From an uncultured delta proteobacterium (lineage in GTDB: Bacteria > Myxococcota_A > Polyangia > Fen-1088), in contig CAVTRY010000007.1 of assembly GCA_963737265.1 (NCBI GenBank), positions 256,001-320,000 on the forward strand: a stretch of 64,000 nt of DNA. Direction: 5' to 3'. Below the pieces are notes generated by a model. The model saw only the letters and a program-made list of their open reading frames with translations. It was not told the DNA's origin and did not search any database. Both the position numbers and the translations under genes were made by a program. This document shows, piece after piece, positions 1 to 11,486 of the stretch. Position 1 is the stretch's first letter. The number at the start of each line of letters is the position of its first letter.

Positions 1-274
1 GGTTGGCCGGATCCTTGTCGGTCGTGATCTTGATGACGCTGATGGGGCACGCGCGCTCGCACGCCATGCACCCCGTGCAGACATTCATGTCCACTTCGAG
101 GAGGCCGCGGTAGCGCGACGGCAACGTGTCCGCCACGCGTTTTTCCGTGCGATCCGGGTACTGCACGGTGATCGGCCGGCGAACCATGTAGGACAGCGTG
201 ACCGATAGGCCTTCCCAGAACGTCTTCACGACATCCGTGATATGGCCGAAATATTCGCGAACCGATTCAGCCAT
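1..274 (-). CDS. nuoI: NADH-quinone oxidoreductase subunit I (runs off window edge)
   Basis: Manual translation MAESVREYF...TVQYPDR...RYRG...CTGCMACERACP gives a ferredoxin motif; lies directly downstream of nuoH. Confidence 0.9.
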   Translation of the reverse strand, partial: MAESVREYFGHITDVVKTFWEGLSVTLSYMVRRPITVQYPDRTEKRVADTLPSRYRGLLEVDMNVCTGCMACERACPISVIKITTDKDPAN

Positions 275-280
275 GGCACA

Positions 281-1663
281 TCACCAATTGGTCAGATCCA
301 CGCGATCGCCCGTGACCCGATCGATATTCCGGCGCGTGTCGCGCAAGAACTTGACCAGGAGAGCACCCGCGCAAATGGTGAGAAGAATGCCGGTGATCTT
401 GGACCCAAGCGGCGGGACGAGCAGTTGCCACAGCAGGGTCACGATAAAGCACAGGAATGCGCCGGGCACGAGGTACTTCCAACACAACGACATCATCTGA
501 TCGACACGAACCCGCGGTAACGTCCAGCGCAGCCAGATAAAGAGGAAGACGAGCGCCCAGGTCTTGACGATGAACACGACCATCGATGCGGCCTGCAGCA
601 GGAACCACGGCGGCCCAGGAAGAAGGCCAACGCCGCGCGCGTGTTGGTACATTTCGGGCGAGACAAAGGGGATCTGCCAGCCACCCAAAAACAGCGTCAC
701 CGCCAGACCCGCCATAATCCACATGTTGGCCCACTCGACCATGAGGAAGATGGCGAGGCGGAAGCCCGAATACTCGGCGTGGTAGCCGGCGACAAGCTCG
801 GATTCGGCTTCGGGCAGATCGAAGGGCGTGCGGTTGCCTTCGGCGAGCGAGCTGGTCACACTGATGAAAAAGGCGACCAAGGCGGCCGGATTGCGAAAGA
901 CGAACCACTCCCACGGAAGCCCGCCCTGGGCGCGCACGATGCCCTGCATGGACAGCGTTCCCGCCATCAGCACCGGAACCATGAGGGCAATGCCGGCCGG
1001 GATTTCATAGGACAACACCTGCGCGGCGCCACGAATGCCTCCAAAGAGCGCCCACTTGGAATTGGACGCCCAGCCCGACACCAAAATGCCCACCACCACG
1101 AACGCGGTTACTGCGGTCACGTAAAACACGCCGACGTTCATGTCCGTGACCACGGTGCTTTCGCCGAACGGCAGCACCACGAAGGGCAACAGCAGGCCGA
1201 CCATGGAGAAATACGGGGCAGCGCGGAAGAGAAGATTGTCGGCCGATCCCGGAATCGTGTCTTCCTTGAGCACCATCTTCACGGCATCGGCTACCCAGGC
1301 CAGAAAGCCCGCCGCGCCGGTGCGATTGGGCCCGATGCGGCTTTGCATGCGGCCAGCCACGCGGCGCTCGACCCAGGTCGAGACCCCGCCGAAGACCGCG
1401 GTGTAATTCACGGCGATGAAGGCAACCAACAGCAGGAAGCCGGCGTAGACCAGATTGCGATAGGGCGACGTCGCCAGATCCCAGCCGAGCCACTCCTTCG
1501 CGAGCGCATTGAGAATCTCGGGCCGGTTGAGCGGAAAAACGGCCAGCGCCCCGACGTACAGCCCGAGCGGCACGCCGAACGCCATGAACAGCGTGACCAG
1601 AATCGCGAGGCGCGGATAGCGCCGGGTGAGCGACGTTGAATCGAGCGCGAGCGAAATCTTCAC
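281..1663 (-). CDS. nuoH: NADH-quinone oxidoreductase subunit H
   Basis: [33 protein letters not shown] and LPRVRVDQ motifs; GTG start overlaps the nuoD stop (GTGA). Confidence 0.93.
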   Translation of the reverse strand: MKISLALDSTSLTRRYPRLAILVTLFMAFGVPLGLYVGALAVFPLNRPEILNALAKEWLGWDLATSPYRNLVYAGFLLLVAFIAVNYTAVFGGVSTWVERRVAGRMQSRIGPNRTGAAGFLAWVADAVKMVLKEDTIPGSADNLLFRAAPYFSMVGLLLPFVVLPFGESTVVTDMNVGVFYVTAVTAFVVVGILVSGWASNSKWALFGGIRGAAQVLSYEIPAGIALMVPVLMAGTLSMQGIVRAQGGLPWEWFVFRNPAALVAFFISVTSSLAEGNRTPFDLPEAESELVAGYHAEYSGFRLAIFLMVEWANMWIMAGLAVTLFLGGWQIPFVSPEMYQHARGVGLLPGPPWFLLQAASMVVFIVKTWALVFLFIWLRWTLPRVRVDQMMSLCWKYLVPGAFLCFIVTLLWQLLVPPLGSKITGILLTICAGALLVKFLRDTRRNIDRVTGDRVDLTNW

Positions 1664-2817
1664 CGGTCCACCTCCGGAGCGACGACGTCGAGGGACGCGA
1701 TGATGGCAATGAGGTCGGCCACCATGATGCCCTGGGAAAGCTCCTCGATAATCCCCATGGCCATGAAGCTGCCGGTGCGCACGCGCAGGCGATAGGCCTT
1801 TTCCGAACCGTCGGATACGACGTAGTAGAGCATCTCGCCGCGTGCGGATTCGACGCGGCCCACGGCTTCGCCCGCTTCGGGCTTGAGCTTGCGCGCAACC
1901 TTGGCCTGAATGTCGCCCTCGGGCAGCTTGGCGAGCGCTTGGCGGGCGATTTTCGACGATTCGACGATTTCCTGCACGCGCACGAAGAAGCGATCCCAGC
2001 AGTCGCCCACCGTGCCCGCGCGACCGGTGCCCACCGGCACGTTGAAGTCGAAGTCGGGATAGGCGCCGTAGGGCATGTCGCGCCGGATGTCCCACTTCAC
2101 GCCCGATCCGCGCAGGTTGGGACCAGCCAAGCCGTAGTCGATGGCCAGCGCGCGACTGATGACGCCCACGTTGGCCAGACGCTGGACGAAGATTTTGTTG
2201 AACGTGATCAGGCGATCCCATTCCTGAATGTAGCTGTCGAGATGATCGAGGAAGCGCAAGACCTTGGTGCCCCAACCTTCAGGCAGGTCGAAGGCCACGC
2301 CGCCGATGCGGTGGAAGTTGAAGGTCAGGCGCGCGCCGCACAGCTCTTCAAGCAGATCGTTGATGGATTCGCGTTCGCGCAAGGCGTGGGTGAGCGGCGT
2401 GGCCGCGCCGATGTCTTGCGCCATCGTGCCGATGGAAATGAAGTGGTTGGAAATGCGGCACAGCTCGCCGGCGATGGCGCGAATGTATTGCGCGCGCGGC
2501 GGTGGCTCGACGCCAAGCAGGCGCTCGATGGCGACGGCGTAGCCCTCGTTGGCGAACATGGCCGCCAAGTAGTCGATGCGATCGGTGAAGGGCATGTACC
2601 CTGGGTAGGGCACCATTTCTCCGATCTTTTCCAGGCCGCGATGAAGATAACCAATCTCGGGCACCGAGCGACGAATGACTTCGCCGTTGGTCTGCGTGAC
2701 GAAGTTGATGACCCCGTGGGTGGACGGGTGTTGCGGGCCGAAGTTGACGACGATTTCTTCCTCCGTCGTCGTGGTTCGACGAAGAATGTGGCGGTCGAGC
2801 TCCATGTCGATGGGCAT
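1660..2817 (-). CDS. nuoD: NADH-quinone oxidoreductase subunit D
   Basis: [22 protein letters not shown]-terminal EVDR; no Ni-binding CxxC motifs. Confidence 0.95.
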   Translation of the reverse strand: MPIDMELDRHILRRTTTTEEEIVVNFGPQHPSTHGVINFVTQTNGEVIRRSVPEIGYLHRGLEKIGEMVPYPGYMPFTDRIDYLAAMFANEGYAVAIERLLGVEPPPRAQYIRAIAGELCRISNHFISIGTMAQDIGAATPLTHALRERESINDLLEELCGARLTFNFHRIGGVAFDLPEGWGTKVLRFLDHLDSYIQEWDRLITFNKIFVQRLANVGVISRALAIDYGLAGPNLRGSGVKWDIRRDMPYGAYPDFDFNVPVGTGRAGTVGDCWDRFFVRVQEIVESSKIARQALAKLPEGDIQAKVARKLKPEAGEAVGRVESARGEMLYYVVSDGSEKAYRLRVRTGSFMAMGIIEELSQGIMVADLIAIIASLDVVAPEVDR

Positions 2818-2819
2818 GG

Positions 2820-3530
2820 CTAGACCTTCCCTTCGGTCGAGGGCGCCTGCGAGGCAGCCGGAGGAGGCGAAGAAACCGATCCCGTGGCCGTGGCCGTGGT
2901 CGTGGTCGTGGCCGTGGCCGTGGCCGTGGCCGTGGTCGTGGCCGTGGCCGTGGCCGCCTTCACTTCTGGCGCTGGAGCCGCGGCCGCCACCGCAGCCGCA
3001 ACTGCCTTGCGCTTCTCATCGGTGATCTTCGAAAGCTGCACCAGCGGATCCGGCCGTTCGTTGCCCATGCCGTGGTAGCCCCCGGCTTCCTGGTAGTCCT
3101 TGCGCAGCGGATAACCAACCCAGTCGTCGGGCAGAAGAATCCGGCGCAGATCCGAGTGGCCGACGAAATTCACACCAAACAGGTCGTAAATTTCCCGCTC
3201 CAGCCAAGTGGCGGCTTTCCACACGCTTTCGACCGACGCAATCGACGGTGCCGCACGATCGGTTTCGACCTTGATAACCAGGCCATGGCGATGCACCAGC
3301 GAATAGAGGTGAAAAACCACCTCGATGACATTACGCGCCGGCCAGTCCACGGCAGTTACGTCCTGACAGTAGTCGAATTCCAGCCCGGCAGTGCTTTTCA
3401 GGAACTGGCATACCTCGACAATCTTCTCCCCCTTGACCACCACGAACTTGTCGCCCTTGGTCTCCGACAGGACGCCCACGGCTTCACCGAAGCGCTCCTT
3501 GAGCTGGGCGCAGACTTCTTCCGCCGTCAT
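2820..3530 (-). CDS. nuoC: NADH-quinone oxidoreductase subunit C with Ala/Thr-rich tail
   Basis: [12 protein letters not shown]...GYPLRKDY motif. Confidence 0.95.
   Translation of the reverse strand: MTAEEVCAQLKERFGEAVGVLSETKGDKFVVVKGEKIVEVCQFLKSTAGLEFDYCQDVTAVDWPARNVIEVVFHLYSLVHRHGLVIKVETDRAAPSIASVESVWKAATWLEREIYDLFGVNFVGHSDLRRILLPDDWVGYPLRKDYQEAGGYHGMGNERPDPLVQLSKITDEKRKAVAAAVAAAAPAPEVKAATATATTTATATATATTTTTATATGSVSSPPPAASQAPSTEGKV
2883..2954. repeat. Hexamer tandem repeat (CGTGGC/T)x12 in the nuoC tail
   Basis: Read directly; encodes ATATATTTATAT... Confidence 0.9.
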
Positions 3531-3531
3531 G

Positions 3532-4113
3532 TCACTTGGCCTTGCTTGCCGGAATCGGCGCCGGAATCGGCGCCGGAATCATCATGGGTGAATTTGGATC
3601 GACGCGGCCAGGGCGCATCTTGGTTTTCCAGCGCTCGCACATCATGATGTCCTGAATGCGCAGCAGCCCCTCGGTAAGCGCCTCGGGCCTCGGCGGGCAG
3701 CCCGGCACATAAACATCGACTGGGATGATCTTGTCCACGCCCTTGCACACCGAATACGAAGCCTGAAACAGGCCGCCGCAGTTCGCGCAGGACCCCATGG
3801 ACAGAACGTACTTGGGCTCGGCCATCTGGTCGTAGAGCAGCTTGGTACGCACGGCCATCTTGTAGGTCAGCGTGCCAGCGACGATCATGAGATCGGACTG
3901 GCGCGGACTGGCACGAAAGATGGCGGCGAAGCGATCGAGATCCGCGCGCGGTCCACCCGTCTGCATCAGCTCGATTCCGCAGCAGGCGAGACCGAACAGC
4001 AGGTAGTGGATGGAGTTCTTGCGCGCCAAATTGATGGCGTCGTCGAGCAGGCTCGTGTTGGTGAGCAAGACGCCCGTGCCGGGCTCGGCCTGATAGAAGT
4101 TTTGATCGGTCAT
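3532..4113 (-). CDS. nuoB: NADH-quinone oxidoreductase subunit B
   Basis: [19 protein letters not shown] and PGCPPRPE motifs. Confidence 0.96.
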   Translation of the reverse strand: MTDQNFYQAEPGTGVLLTNTSLLDDAINLARKNSIHYLLFGLACCGIELMQTGGPRADLDRFAAIFRASPRQSDLMIVAGTLTYKMAVRTKLLYDQMAEPKYVLSMGSCANCGGLFQASYSVCKGVDKIIPVDVYVPGCPPRPEALTEGLLRIQDIMMCERWKTKMRPGRVDPNSPMMIPAPIPAPIPASKAK

Positions 4114-4135
4114 CGGCGACTTTTTCGGCGCCAGC

Positions 4136-4591
4136 TTACGCGCTTAGCGGTAGCGGAGCTTTTTCTTCCTTTTGATGGGTCGCTTGATCGCTTGCGGCGC
4201 GCGGCGCCTGCGACAGCTTCTTGATCCATTCCAAATCGCCGTGCGCCCAGGCCCAAGCCAGCCCCACCAGCAGCACCGCAGTGAAAAGTATTAGTTCGCT
4301 AAACGCTACCCAGCCGGTCCCCTTTTGAATCCAAGACGCGTACACCACCACCACCGGGAAGGTCAGCGCGATATCGACCTCGAAAATGATGAACACCAGC
4401 GCGATGAGGTAGAAACGCGGATTGAAATTGTACCAAGCCGAGCCGATGGGCCGCTCGCCGCACTCGTAAATAGAAAGCTTGTTGGCGCTGGGAAAACGCG
4501 GCCGCAAGAATCCACCGACGATCAGCATGACCAAGGCGAACAGGATTGCGACGATGGCAAACGCGAGCACTGCGCCGAATTGGTAACCCAT
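4136..4591 (-). CDS. nuoA: NADH-quinone oxidoreductase subunit A
   Basis: YECGE and FIIFEVD motifs, three TM helices; start codon uncertain. Confidence 0.93.
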   Translation of the reverse strand: MGYQFGAVLAFAIVAILFALVMLIVGGFLRPRFPSANKLSIYECGERPIGSAWYNFNPRFYLIALVFIIFEVDIALTFPVVVVYASWIQKGTGWVAFSELILFTAVLLVGLAWAWAHGDLEWIKKLSQAPRAASDQATHQKEEKAPLPLSA

Positions 4592-4750
4592 ATTCACCTT
4601 CTGACCCGAGGATTTCCTGAGCCTTTCGGACGCCATTAGTAGACGCTTGGGCCACGGACGTCAAGTGTCCCAGGAAAACCGGATGAAAACAGGAGTTGCG
4701 TCGCCTTTCTTTTTGTTAACGCGACGAAAAGCCGCGCTATCCTACGCGCC

Positions 4751-5959
4751 ATGAGCGATTCCGACCGGAACGAGTCACCCGAAACTCCGCCTCCGGCAAG
4801 CACCATCACCGAACCCGCCACCGGCAAGACGCGTTTTGGCAACGAGGCCATCGCGCCCTATTTCTTCGTCGTCTTGTTCGTGCTGGCGTTCTTTGCGGTG
4901 GGCTACGTGCTGCTGCCGTTCTTCGGCGACATGGTGATCGCGTTTCTTTTCGTGATCATGCTGACGCCCGTGTATGCGCGCGTGTGCCGGGTGCTGGGAG
5001 ACAGGCAGGTGCTGGCCTCAGGCCTCGTCGTGGTGGGACTGGTGGCGGTGGGCGCCGTGCCCCTGTTCCTCATCGCTTCGGCGCTCCTGCGGGACATCGG
5101 CGAAGCCTCGATCGCGTGGGGCAGCGCGGGCCGCTCGCTTGCGTTGCGGGCCATCGCTGGGCGCAACGGGGTGATCATGAGTGGCGTGTCCAATCTGGCC
5201 TCGCGGCTCGGCATCACCCTGGCGCCCGAATGGGTGGAACAGGCGCTGCTCGATACCGGCCGCAGCCTGACCCAGTGGCTCGCCACGCGCGCCAATACCT
5301 TTGTTTCCAGCCTTCTTTCGACGGCGCTGCACGTCGTCATCACGCTTTTCTCAATCTTCTACCTGTTCATCAACGGCGATCGGCTGCGCACCTTCATCTA
5401 CCGGTTGTCGCCGCTCAAACACGACGAGGACCAGATCTTCATCAACAAGCTGGGCGAGGTGGGCCGGGCCATTCTCGTCGGCAGCGGAACCGCCAGCGCA
5501 CTGCAAGGCCTGGTTGCGGGCGTCGCCTGGGTCGCGGTGGGCCTGCCCTCGCCCGTTCTGTGGGGCATCCTCATGGCCGTCGCGGCGTTTCTGCCGCTGG
5601 TCGGAATCGCGGCGGTGGTCCTTCCGGCGACGATCTACTTGTGGGTCGACGGTCGCCCTATCGCCGCGACGATGTTTCTCGTCTTCTGCATGGGCCAATC
5701 GTTCTTCTTCGAGTACGGGGTCAAGCCGCGCATCATGGGCTCCTCGATGCGCATGAACAATCTGCTCGTGTTCCTCAGCCTGCTTGGCGGAATCATGGGT
5801 TTCGGGATGGCGGGCTTGCTCTACGGACCGCTCATCATGACCCTCTTCTTGGCCCTGGTTCAGCTGTACGAAACCCGCTACAAGCTGCACATTGCCCGTC
5901 GCCTTTCGGTGACACTGCCGGCTGGCGCGGGGGTCGAGGAGAAAACGAGGATATTCTAA
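4751..5959 (+). CDS. AI-2E family transporter
   Basis: Multi-TM protein with family motifs P..G, KPRIMG and SLLGGIMGFGMAGLLYGP. Confidence 0.88.
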   Translation: MSDSDRNESPETPPPASTITEPATGKTRFGNEAIAPYFFVVLFVLAFFAVGYVLLPFFGDMVIAFLFVIMLTPVYARVCRVLGDRQVLASGLVVVGLVAVGAVPLFLIASALLRDIGEASIAWGSAGRSLALRAIAGRNGVIMSGVSNLASRLGITLAPEWVEQALLDTGRSLTQWLATRANTFVSSLLSTALHVVITLFSIFYLFINGDRLRTFIYRLSPLKHDEDQIFINKLGEVGRAILVGSGTASALQGLVAGVAWVAVGLPSPVLWGILMAVAAFLPLVGIAAVVLPATIYLWVDGRPIAATMFLVFCMGQSFFFEYGVKPRIMGSSMRMNNLLVFLSLLGGIMGFGMAGLLYGPLIMTLFLALVQLYETRYKLHIARRLSVTLPAGAGVEEKTRIF

Positions 5960-6031
5960 GGCCAAGATCTTCCGCCCGGTGGCGACGCGATTCGCGCACG
6001 GCGATGATACAATGGCGGAAAGGTTCTCCTC

Positions 6032-9000
6032 GTGCCGTCGCTCAAGGTCATCTGCCCGAAATGTGTCAAGGGACAGCAAGTGGTTGGCGATATTCCGCCA
6101 AGCGGAATCGACCAAGTCTGCATCTATTGCAAAACCACGTTCAAGGTCAGGCGGCCGGCGGCTTCGGTCGTCGATGACTTGCCTGCCGCCCGCGAGGCGA
6201 TTCCCCGCCCAACCGATCTGCCGGTTTCTCGCGATACCGTCCCACGCTCAGGCGATCTGCCGGTTTCTCGCGATGCCGTCCCGCGCCCAGGCGACCTGCC
6301 GGTTTCTCGCGATGCCGTCCCGCGCCCAGGCGACCTGCCGGTTTCTCGCGATGCCGTCCCGCGCCCAGGCGACCTGCCGGTTTCTCGCGATGCCGTCCCG
6401 CGCCCAGGCGACCTACCGGTTTCTCGCGATGCCGTCCCGCGCCCAGGCGACCTACCGGTTTCTCGCGATGCCGTCCCGCGCCCCACCAACCTTCCCGCGC
6501 CAAAGGGGCCGTCGTACGGCCCGAATCTTCCCACGACCACATCCGAGCGGACGCCTTCCAAGACACCCCCGCTCGGGCTCGCCTTGGAGCTGTCTTTCCA
6601 TCAAGACTTTCGGGCAGCGCAGGGCTCGCAAGGTCTCGGGTCTTCCGGCGAAATTGGCTCGCTCGACCTGGGATTGCCCCCCATCCCTCCCGGCGTTCCC
6701 AAGGGACCACCCGATCTGCGCAAGCCACCGCCCATTCCCAGTCTGGGGGGCAGCGCAGGACCGCCCGCCCCGCGGCCAGAGCCTCCGGCACGCACACCGA
6801 GCCGCAAGACTGGAGCCGCGGCATCCGCTGGGAATCTGGACCTCGGCTTCAGCTTGGAGCTCGAGGGCGACGCAGACGCACCATCGGATGCCGGGCGCGC
6901 CGCCATTCCGTTCCCGGGCGCGCGCGTGGCAAGCCAAGGCCTGGCGGAATCGGCTGCGGCCGGCATCAATGACGTGCCGGCCCTGGCGCCAGTCACCAGT
7001 CGAGGAGCGTCGGCGACGCAAGCGCTGCGTCCCGTGGCGCAGAAAATTCCAGTTCCCAAATGGCTGTTCTTTGCGGGCGGAGGCCTAATCGTGGCAGTTG
7101 CCGCGGCTTTTGTCCTCATGCCCATCTTGCATTCCGCGCCGAATCCCGAGAGCGTGATGAGGCCGTTCTTGCCAGAGTTGGCGAAAGACAATCTTCTGGC
7201 CTACGGCAACGCTGCCGATCATCTGGCCAAACGCGCCGCCGAATTCAAGAACGGCAACGCAAGGCTGCGCATCAAAGCCGCTGAATTGATCCTGACGGCG
7301 CTCGCCGTGCACGGGGAGGATCCCGCGAAGGCACGACGCGCGGAGGAGTTGCTGGAAGGCATCATACCGCAGCCCAAATTAGCGTCGGCCCTCGGCCGCG
7401 CACGCGCCCTTTTGGCCATCGCCAAGGGCAAGGCGCGGGATGTCGATGGCTTGCTCGCCGACCGCTCCGCTCCAGAAAGCCAGCTCATCCTCGGCATCGC
7501 CCGTATCGCCGAAGACAAGGCCGGCGCAGCCGTAACGCCACTTCGCCAATTCGTCGTGGCCCGACCGGCGGAGGCTGTCGGCCACTATCTGCTCGGCAAG
7601 GCCCTGGCCGCCAGCGCCGGCCCGGAGGCCCGCAAGGAATTCGAGGCCGTCTTGGCTGCGAACCCCACCCACGTGGGGGCGAAAGTGGGGCTGGCCCGTC
7701 TTGAGGAAACGCCGGAGAAACGCCTCGCAGCCGCCCGCGCGATCGTCGACCAGAAAGCGCAAGGCGCGGGCGCCACCGAGATGGCCGAGCTGCAGCTGCT
7801 GCTCGGCCAATCGGCCCAGGCGCTCGGGCGCACACCCGAAGCCGCGGACGCATTCCAGCGGGCGATTGCCTTCGACAAGCGTCTCATCGCCGCGCACCTC
7901 GCCCTCGGCGAGTCGCTGTTGTACGAAGGCAAATACCCACAGGCGCTGGAGCGGCTCAAGACGCCTGGACCGGCCCTGGAGGCAACCCCGGCGGGCAAGT
8001 TTGGTTTGGGCGGCGCACTCCTCGCCACCGGAAACGCAGAACGCGGATTGGCGTTGGTGAATGCCGCGGCCAAGGAACGCCCCGAGGATCCGCGTGGACC
8101 TTTCTGGCTTGGCTTTGCCAACACCCTCAAGAATCCCCCCAATCTGCCTGCCGCCGAGCAAGACTACCGCGATGCGATCAAGCGCGATGCCAAGTTCCTG
8201 CCTGCTTCGCTGAGGCTCGCGGCGCTCTTGCAGCAGGAGAACAGGGCAGACGATTCCCTCGCCGTGTTGCGCGCCGCCGAGGAAGCCGGCGCCCCGCCAT
8301 CCGTGTTGCAGTTGGCCTGGGGCGAGGCCCTCATCGTCGCCAAAGAGCCGGGCAAAGCCGAGGAGATTTTTCGCACGGCTCTCGCTGCCGATCCCGGCTC
8401 GGTGTCGGCGCGGCTGGGAATTGCCTCCGCGCTCGAAGCCCGGGGCAAATTGGCCGAGTCCAAGGAGTCTCTGGAAGACACGCTCAAATCGTCGCCAGAA
8501 ACCCTGGGCTTGCGCGAACGTCTGGCGCAGATATGCCTAAAATTAGGGGACAAGACCCAAGCGCTCGCGCGTTTCCAGGAGGAAATTCAGGCCGGTCACG
8601 CCACGCCCGCTTTGCGACTGGCGGTTGCACGGATTGCCCTCGACCTCGGCAAGCTTGAGCTCGCTCAGAGTGAAGTGAAGAAGGTTCTGGACGACAATCC
8701 GCGCAACGCCGAAGCCACCTTCGATTTGGCCCGCGTCTATGAAGCGCGCAACGAAGTCGGCGCGGCACTGCAGGAGTACCGCCACGCCACCACCTGGGAA
8801 AACGCGCCGGCCTATGGGCTCGCCTACGGCCGTCTGCTTGCCAAGGTCGGCAAGGAACACGAAGCCCTGATGGCCCTCGACGTGGCGACGTCCCAGGCGG
8901 ATGGCCGAATGGAACGCGGTCGGATCTACTATCGCCGGGGTGAATTGGAAGACGCGCTGGCCGATTTCCAGGCCGCGTCCAAGATGACCCCCGGCGAGGC

Positions 9001-9379
9001 CGAGCCCCTCATTTTGCAGGGACTTTGCTACGACAAGATCGGGCAACCAGCGAAGGCCGAGGAGGCCTGGCGGGCGGCATTGCGCGCGGATCCCGATGCC
9101 CCCGAACCCCACTACCGCCTAGGCCGCACGGAAATGGATCGCGGAAAACCGGCCGGCGCGATCGAGCACTTCCGCAAGGCGGAGGCCAAGGCGCCCGAGA
9201 AAGCGCCTTGGCGGGCCGAGCTGTACTTCCAGTTGGCCCAAGCCGAGCTTCTCACCGGGTCGAAGGCGGCCGCCCTCGCCGGGTTCAAGAAGTACTTGGA
9301 GCTCGCCCCACCAGACGCGCCCGCGCGACCCGAGGCGACCCACCAGATCGCCCGCCTAGCGAACAACGCCAAGAAGTAG
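6032..9379 (+). CDS. Zinc-ribbon / Pro-rich linker / single TM / multi-TPR protein
   Basis: N-terminal CPKC...CIYC, DLP repeats, TM segment WLFFAGGGLIVAVAAAFVLM, many TPR-like helices. Confidence 0.85.
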   Translation: MPSLKVICPKCVKGQQVVGDIPPSGIDQVCIYCKTTFKVRRPAASVVDDLPAAREAIPRPTDLPVSRDTVPRSGDLPVSRDAVPRPGDLPVSRDAVPRPGDLPVSRDAVPRPGDLPVSRDAVPRPGDLPVSRDAVPRPGDLPVSRDAVPRPTNLPAPKGPSYGPNLPTTTSERTPSKTPPLGLALELSFHQDFRAAQGSQGLGSSGEIGSLDLGLPPIPPGVPKGPPDLRKPPPIPSLGGSAGPPAPRPEPPARTPSRKTGAAASAGNLDLGFSLELEGDADAPSDAGRAAIPFPGARVASQGLAESAAAGINDVPALAPVTSRGASATQALRPVAQKIPVPKWLFFAGGGLIVAVAAAFVLMPILHSAPNPESVMRPFLPELAKDNLLAYGNAADHLAKRAAEFKNGNARLRIKAAELILTALAVHGEDPAKARRAEELLEGIIPQPKLASALGRARALLAIAKGKARDVDGLLADRSAPESQLILGIARIAEDKAGAAVTPLRQFVVARPAEAVGHYLLGKALAASAGPEARKEFEAVLAANPTHVGAKVGLARLEETPEKRLAAARAIVDQKAQGAGATEMAELQLLLGQSAQALGRTPEAADAFQRAIAFDKRLIAAHLALGESLLYEGKYPQALERLKTPGPALEATPAGKFGLGGALLATGNAERGLALVNAAAKERPEDPRGPFWLGFANTLKNPPNLPAAEQDYRDAIKRDAKFLPASLRLAALLQQENRADDSLAVLRAAEEAGAPPSVLQLAWGEALIVAKEPGKAEEIFRTALAADPGSVSARLGIASALEARGKLAESKESLEDTLKSSPETLGLRERLAQICLKLGDKTQALARFQEEIQAGHATPALRLAVARIALDLGKLELAQSEVKKVLDDNPRNAEATFDLARVYEARNEVGAALQEYRHATTWENAPAYGLAYGRLLAKVGKEHEALMALDVATSQADGRMERGRIYYRRGELEDALADFQAASKMTPGEAEPLILQGLCYDKIGQPAKAEEAWRAALRADPDAPEPHYRLGRTEMDRGKPAGAIEHFRKAEAKAPEKAPWRAELYFQLAQAELLTGSKAAALAGFKKYLELAPPDAPARPEATHQIARLANNAKK
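6176..6487 (+). repeat. 39-bp in-frame tandem repeat x8 (DLPVSRDAVPRPG)
   Basis: Seven near-identical units plus one degenerate unit, read directly. Confidence 0.95.
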
Positions 9380-9421
9380 CGGAGCCCGCACGTGGCGCGG
9401 GCGCAGCCGGTGTGTGAACTC

Positions 9422-9900
9422 TCACATCCTACCAAGGTTGGCCTCGATGCACTTCACCGCTGCAGCTTGCTCCTTGTCGCAGAATGGATCACGGATGGCA
9501 CTGACCCCGTTTTCGTCGCATTCCCAGTGCTCGAACCGGCTGCCGAAGCAAGCAGTCATACATGCGGCTCAGCTCGGCCTTGCAAATCGGCCCCGTGGCC
9601 ATGGACTCGCATCCCTGAACACATTCGTCTTGGTGACTGCAATGGAGCGACGCTGGTATCCGGCAGATCTCTTCGCACTTGCGTGCCTTGTCGCTTGTCG
9701 GGATTGCTTGTCGCTGTTCGACAACCGCTGCTGGCGGCGCCGTTGGCACTGCGGCCTTCACGGTGGGCGCCTTCGGCACAACCGCCGCATCCCGCTGAGG
9801 CGCGACGGTGCGGGTGTGGGTCAGCTGTGGATTTAGGCTTGGTTTGCATCCGGCAACAGCCATACATACCAGCGCCGCGACACTGGCGCGCAGCCCAAGC
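9422..9900 (-). pseudogene. Cys-rich lipoprotein, frameshifted near 9532
   Basis: VAGC lipobox and Cys-rich body; LLRQPV continues in another frame as EHWECDENG...CDKEQAAAVKCIEANLGRM*; start approximate. Confidence 0.65.
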
Positions 9901-9997
9901 CGGGCCTGCGTCAGACAGCAGAATAGGGTGACGTTCTTAATACGGCGACCCAGCACTAAATCTCCTTCCCTGCGACTCGAAGGAAAGCATCCTGGCC

Positions 9998-10954
9998 CTA
10001 TTGAAGCAGGGAGAGGTCGATCTTGTCGGAGTCTAGCCATTGCCTATCCATATCATCGTTGAACAGCCCTCGCGATGACGCCAGGTCGTCGATGGACGAG
10101 TAAGGCGCGAGCCCGGAAACCTGGCAGGTGTAGGTTACGCCTGCCGGGAACGCCACCCCGATCGCACCAAGGTCCGGCCAGAGAAGTTGTGTCGCCGAGG
10201 TATAGACCTGGATATGAGGTGAGGCGACCGTAGGGTTGTCAGGGCTCAGGTCGAGCATGTACACCTCGTTCGAGATGCCCGTCCATGACAGTTTCGAGTC
10301 CTTGGTAATAGGCTCCATCACGCAGACTCCAGATTGGCATTGCACATAATAGGTGCACGGGGAATTGACCGCACGACTGCCTGGCACCGAACACTCTGCC
10401 GGGAGTCGCAGTAAATAGTCGCCGTAACTCTGTGCCGTCAGCGCCTGAGCACAGGCAGCAAGCCCGATTGGAGTCATGTTGCTCCCCGCGCTGGCCATCC
10501 GCGCTTCGCAAGCGGCACCTCCATATCGACCTTCACAATTCTCCTCGGTGCCGAATTTCATCTTGAGGTATTCTGGGCTATGCGCCATCATCCCGCATAG
10601 CGCCTTCGCATATGCCGAACAAGCTGCCGACCATGAAGCGGAATCCGACGCGTCGGTCGACACACCGGTGCCCGCCTGCGCGTCGAGCTTTGCGCCGATG
10701 TCGGCGCTCACGTCTCTGCTCGGGCCAGCGTCCGCACCTGTATTCGCGCCCACCTCGTCCTTCCCATCACTTGTGGACATCCCCACATCGCTTGTACTCG
10801 CGCGCGGAGCTGCATCCAGATTCCCCCCATCCTGTCCGCTGGCGTGGCTACCCGACTCGCGGCAGGCAGAACCCAAACATAGAACGCACCAAGCAGCCGC
10901 CACGAGCCATCGGCTGCCACCGCGCACCCGCATCACGTGCTCGCTCTTCGTCAT
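9998..10954 (-). CDS. Cys-rich lipoprotein, probably an internally deleted or chimeric gene
   Basis: LGSAC lipobox, D-G repeats and Cys-rich region, then an abrupt switch to a beta-rich tail after CQSGVC. Confidence 0.55.
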   Translation of the reverse strand: MTKSEHVMRVRGGSRWLVAAAWCVLCLGSACRESGSHASGQDGGNLDAAPRASTSDVGMSTSDGKDEVGANTGADAGPSRDVSADIGAKLDAQAGTGVSTDASDSASWSAACSAYAKALCGMMAHSPEYLKMKFGTEENCEGRYGGAACEARMASAGSNMTPIGLAACAQALTAQSYGDYLLRLPAECSVPGSRAVNSPCTYYVQCQSGVCVMEPITKDSKLSWTGISNEVYMLDLSPDNPTVASPHIQVYTSATQLLWPDLGAIGVAFPAGVTYTCQVSGLAPYSSIDDLASSRGLFNDDMDRQWLDSDKIDLSLLQ

Positions 10955-10966
10955 TTGCCACTTCTC

Positions 10967-11486
10967 CTAACGAAAGTCGTCATCTCAAGAACCTGCACGC
11001 GCACTGGCACGCACTTGCAGGGTTGCCCGACACGTCCACAACAGCTCCTATGAGGGTGTCCGACGGTCCCTTGCCCCCGGCAACCTCCAAGAGCACCAGC
11101 CTCTCCTCGGCCGAAGCACCTGATCTGATCCGAGAAGCGAGAATATCATCCACCAACGGATCCTGCATCGGCCGAAGAGCTCGAATAGCGGCGATGCGAA
11201 CAATCGGATCCGGGTCGTCGAAATACCGCTACACGGTACCGACTGCGGGCGAATATCCCGAGTTTTCGATAGCCCGCAACGCCGTGATCTTGTTCGTCGC
11301 ATTATGGGCCTTCCAGAGCTTTTGAATCAGAAACTCGCCCACTTCAGCCGCCTTCTCGTTGTTTCCCTGCTTGGCAAACCGCCTGGCATAAGCCCCGAGC
11401 CCGTAGAGGCCGGTTTGACTGAAGGGCTCCTCAGCCAGCAATGATTTCATCGCGGCCACACCCTTGTCGTCAGGCCTGGGCGTCAT
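10967..11486 (-). pseudogene. HEAT-repeat protein fragment with in-frame stops
   Basis: ALRAIENSG...V*RYFDDPDPIVRIAAIRALR reads through TAG at 11229-11231. Confidence 0.6.

Noticed and set aside
281-2275. 664-aa NuoH, and similar long N-terminal extensions in ORFs 30544-32682 and 62287-63660
   Set aside because: The extensions overlap neighbouring real genes and are open-frame artefacts of high GC
2883-2954. His-Gly/His-Asp metal-binding tail in an alternative frame of nuoC
   Set aside because: The annotated frame stays open to a stop 2 bp before nuoD, so no frameshift is needed
1660-4113. Group 4 NiFe hydrogenase
   Set aside because: The large subunit lacks both CxxC Ni-binding motifs
6176-6487. 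39-bp repeats as a CRISPR array
   Set aside because: Units are contiguous with no spacers, lie in frame inside a CDS, and no cas genes are present
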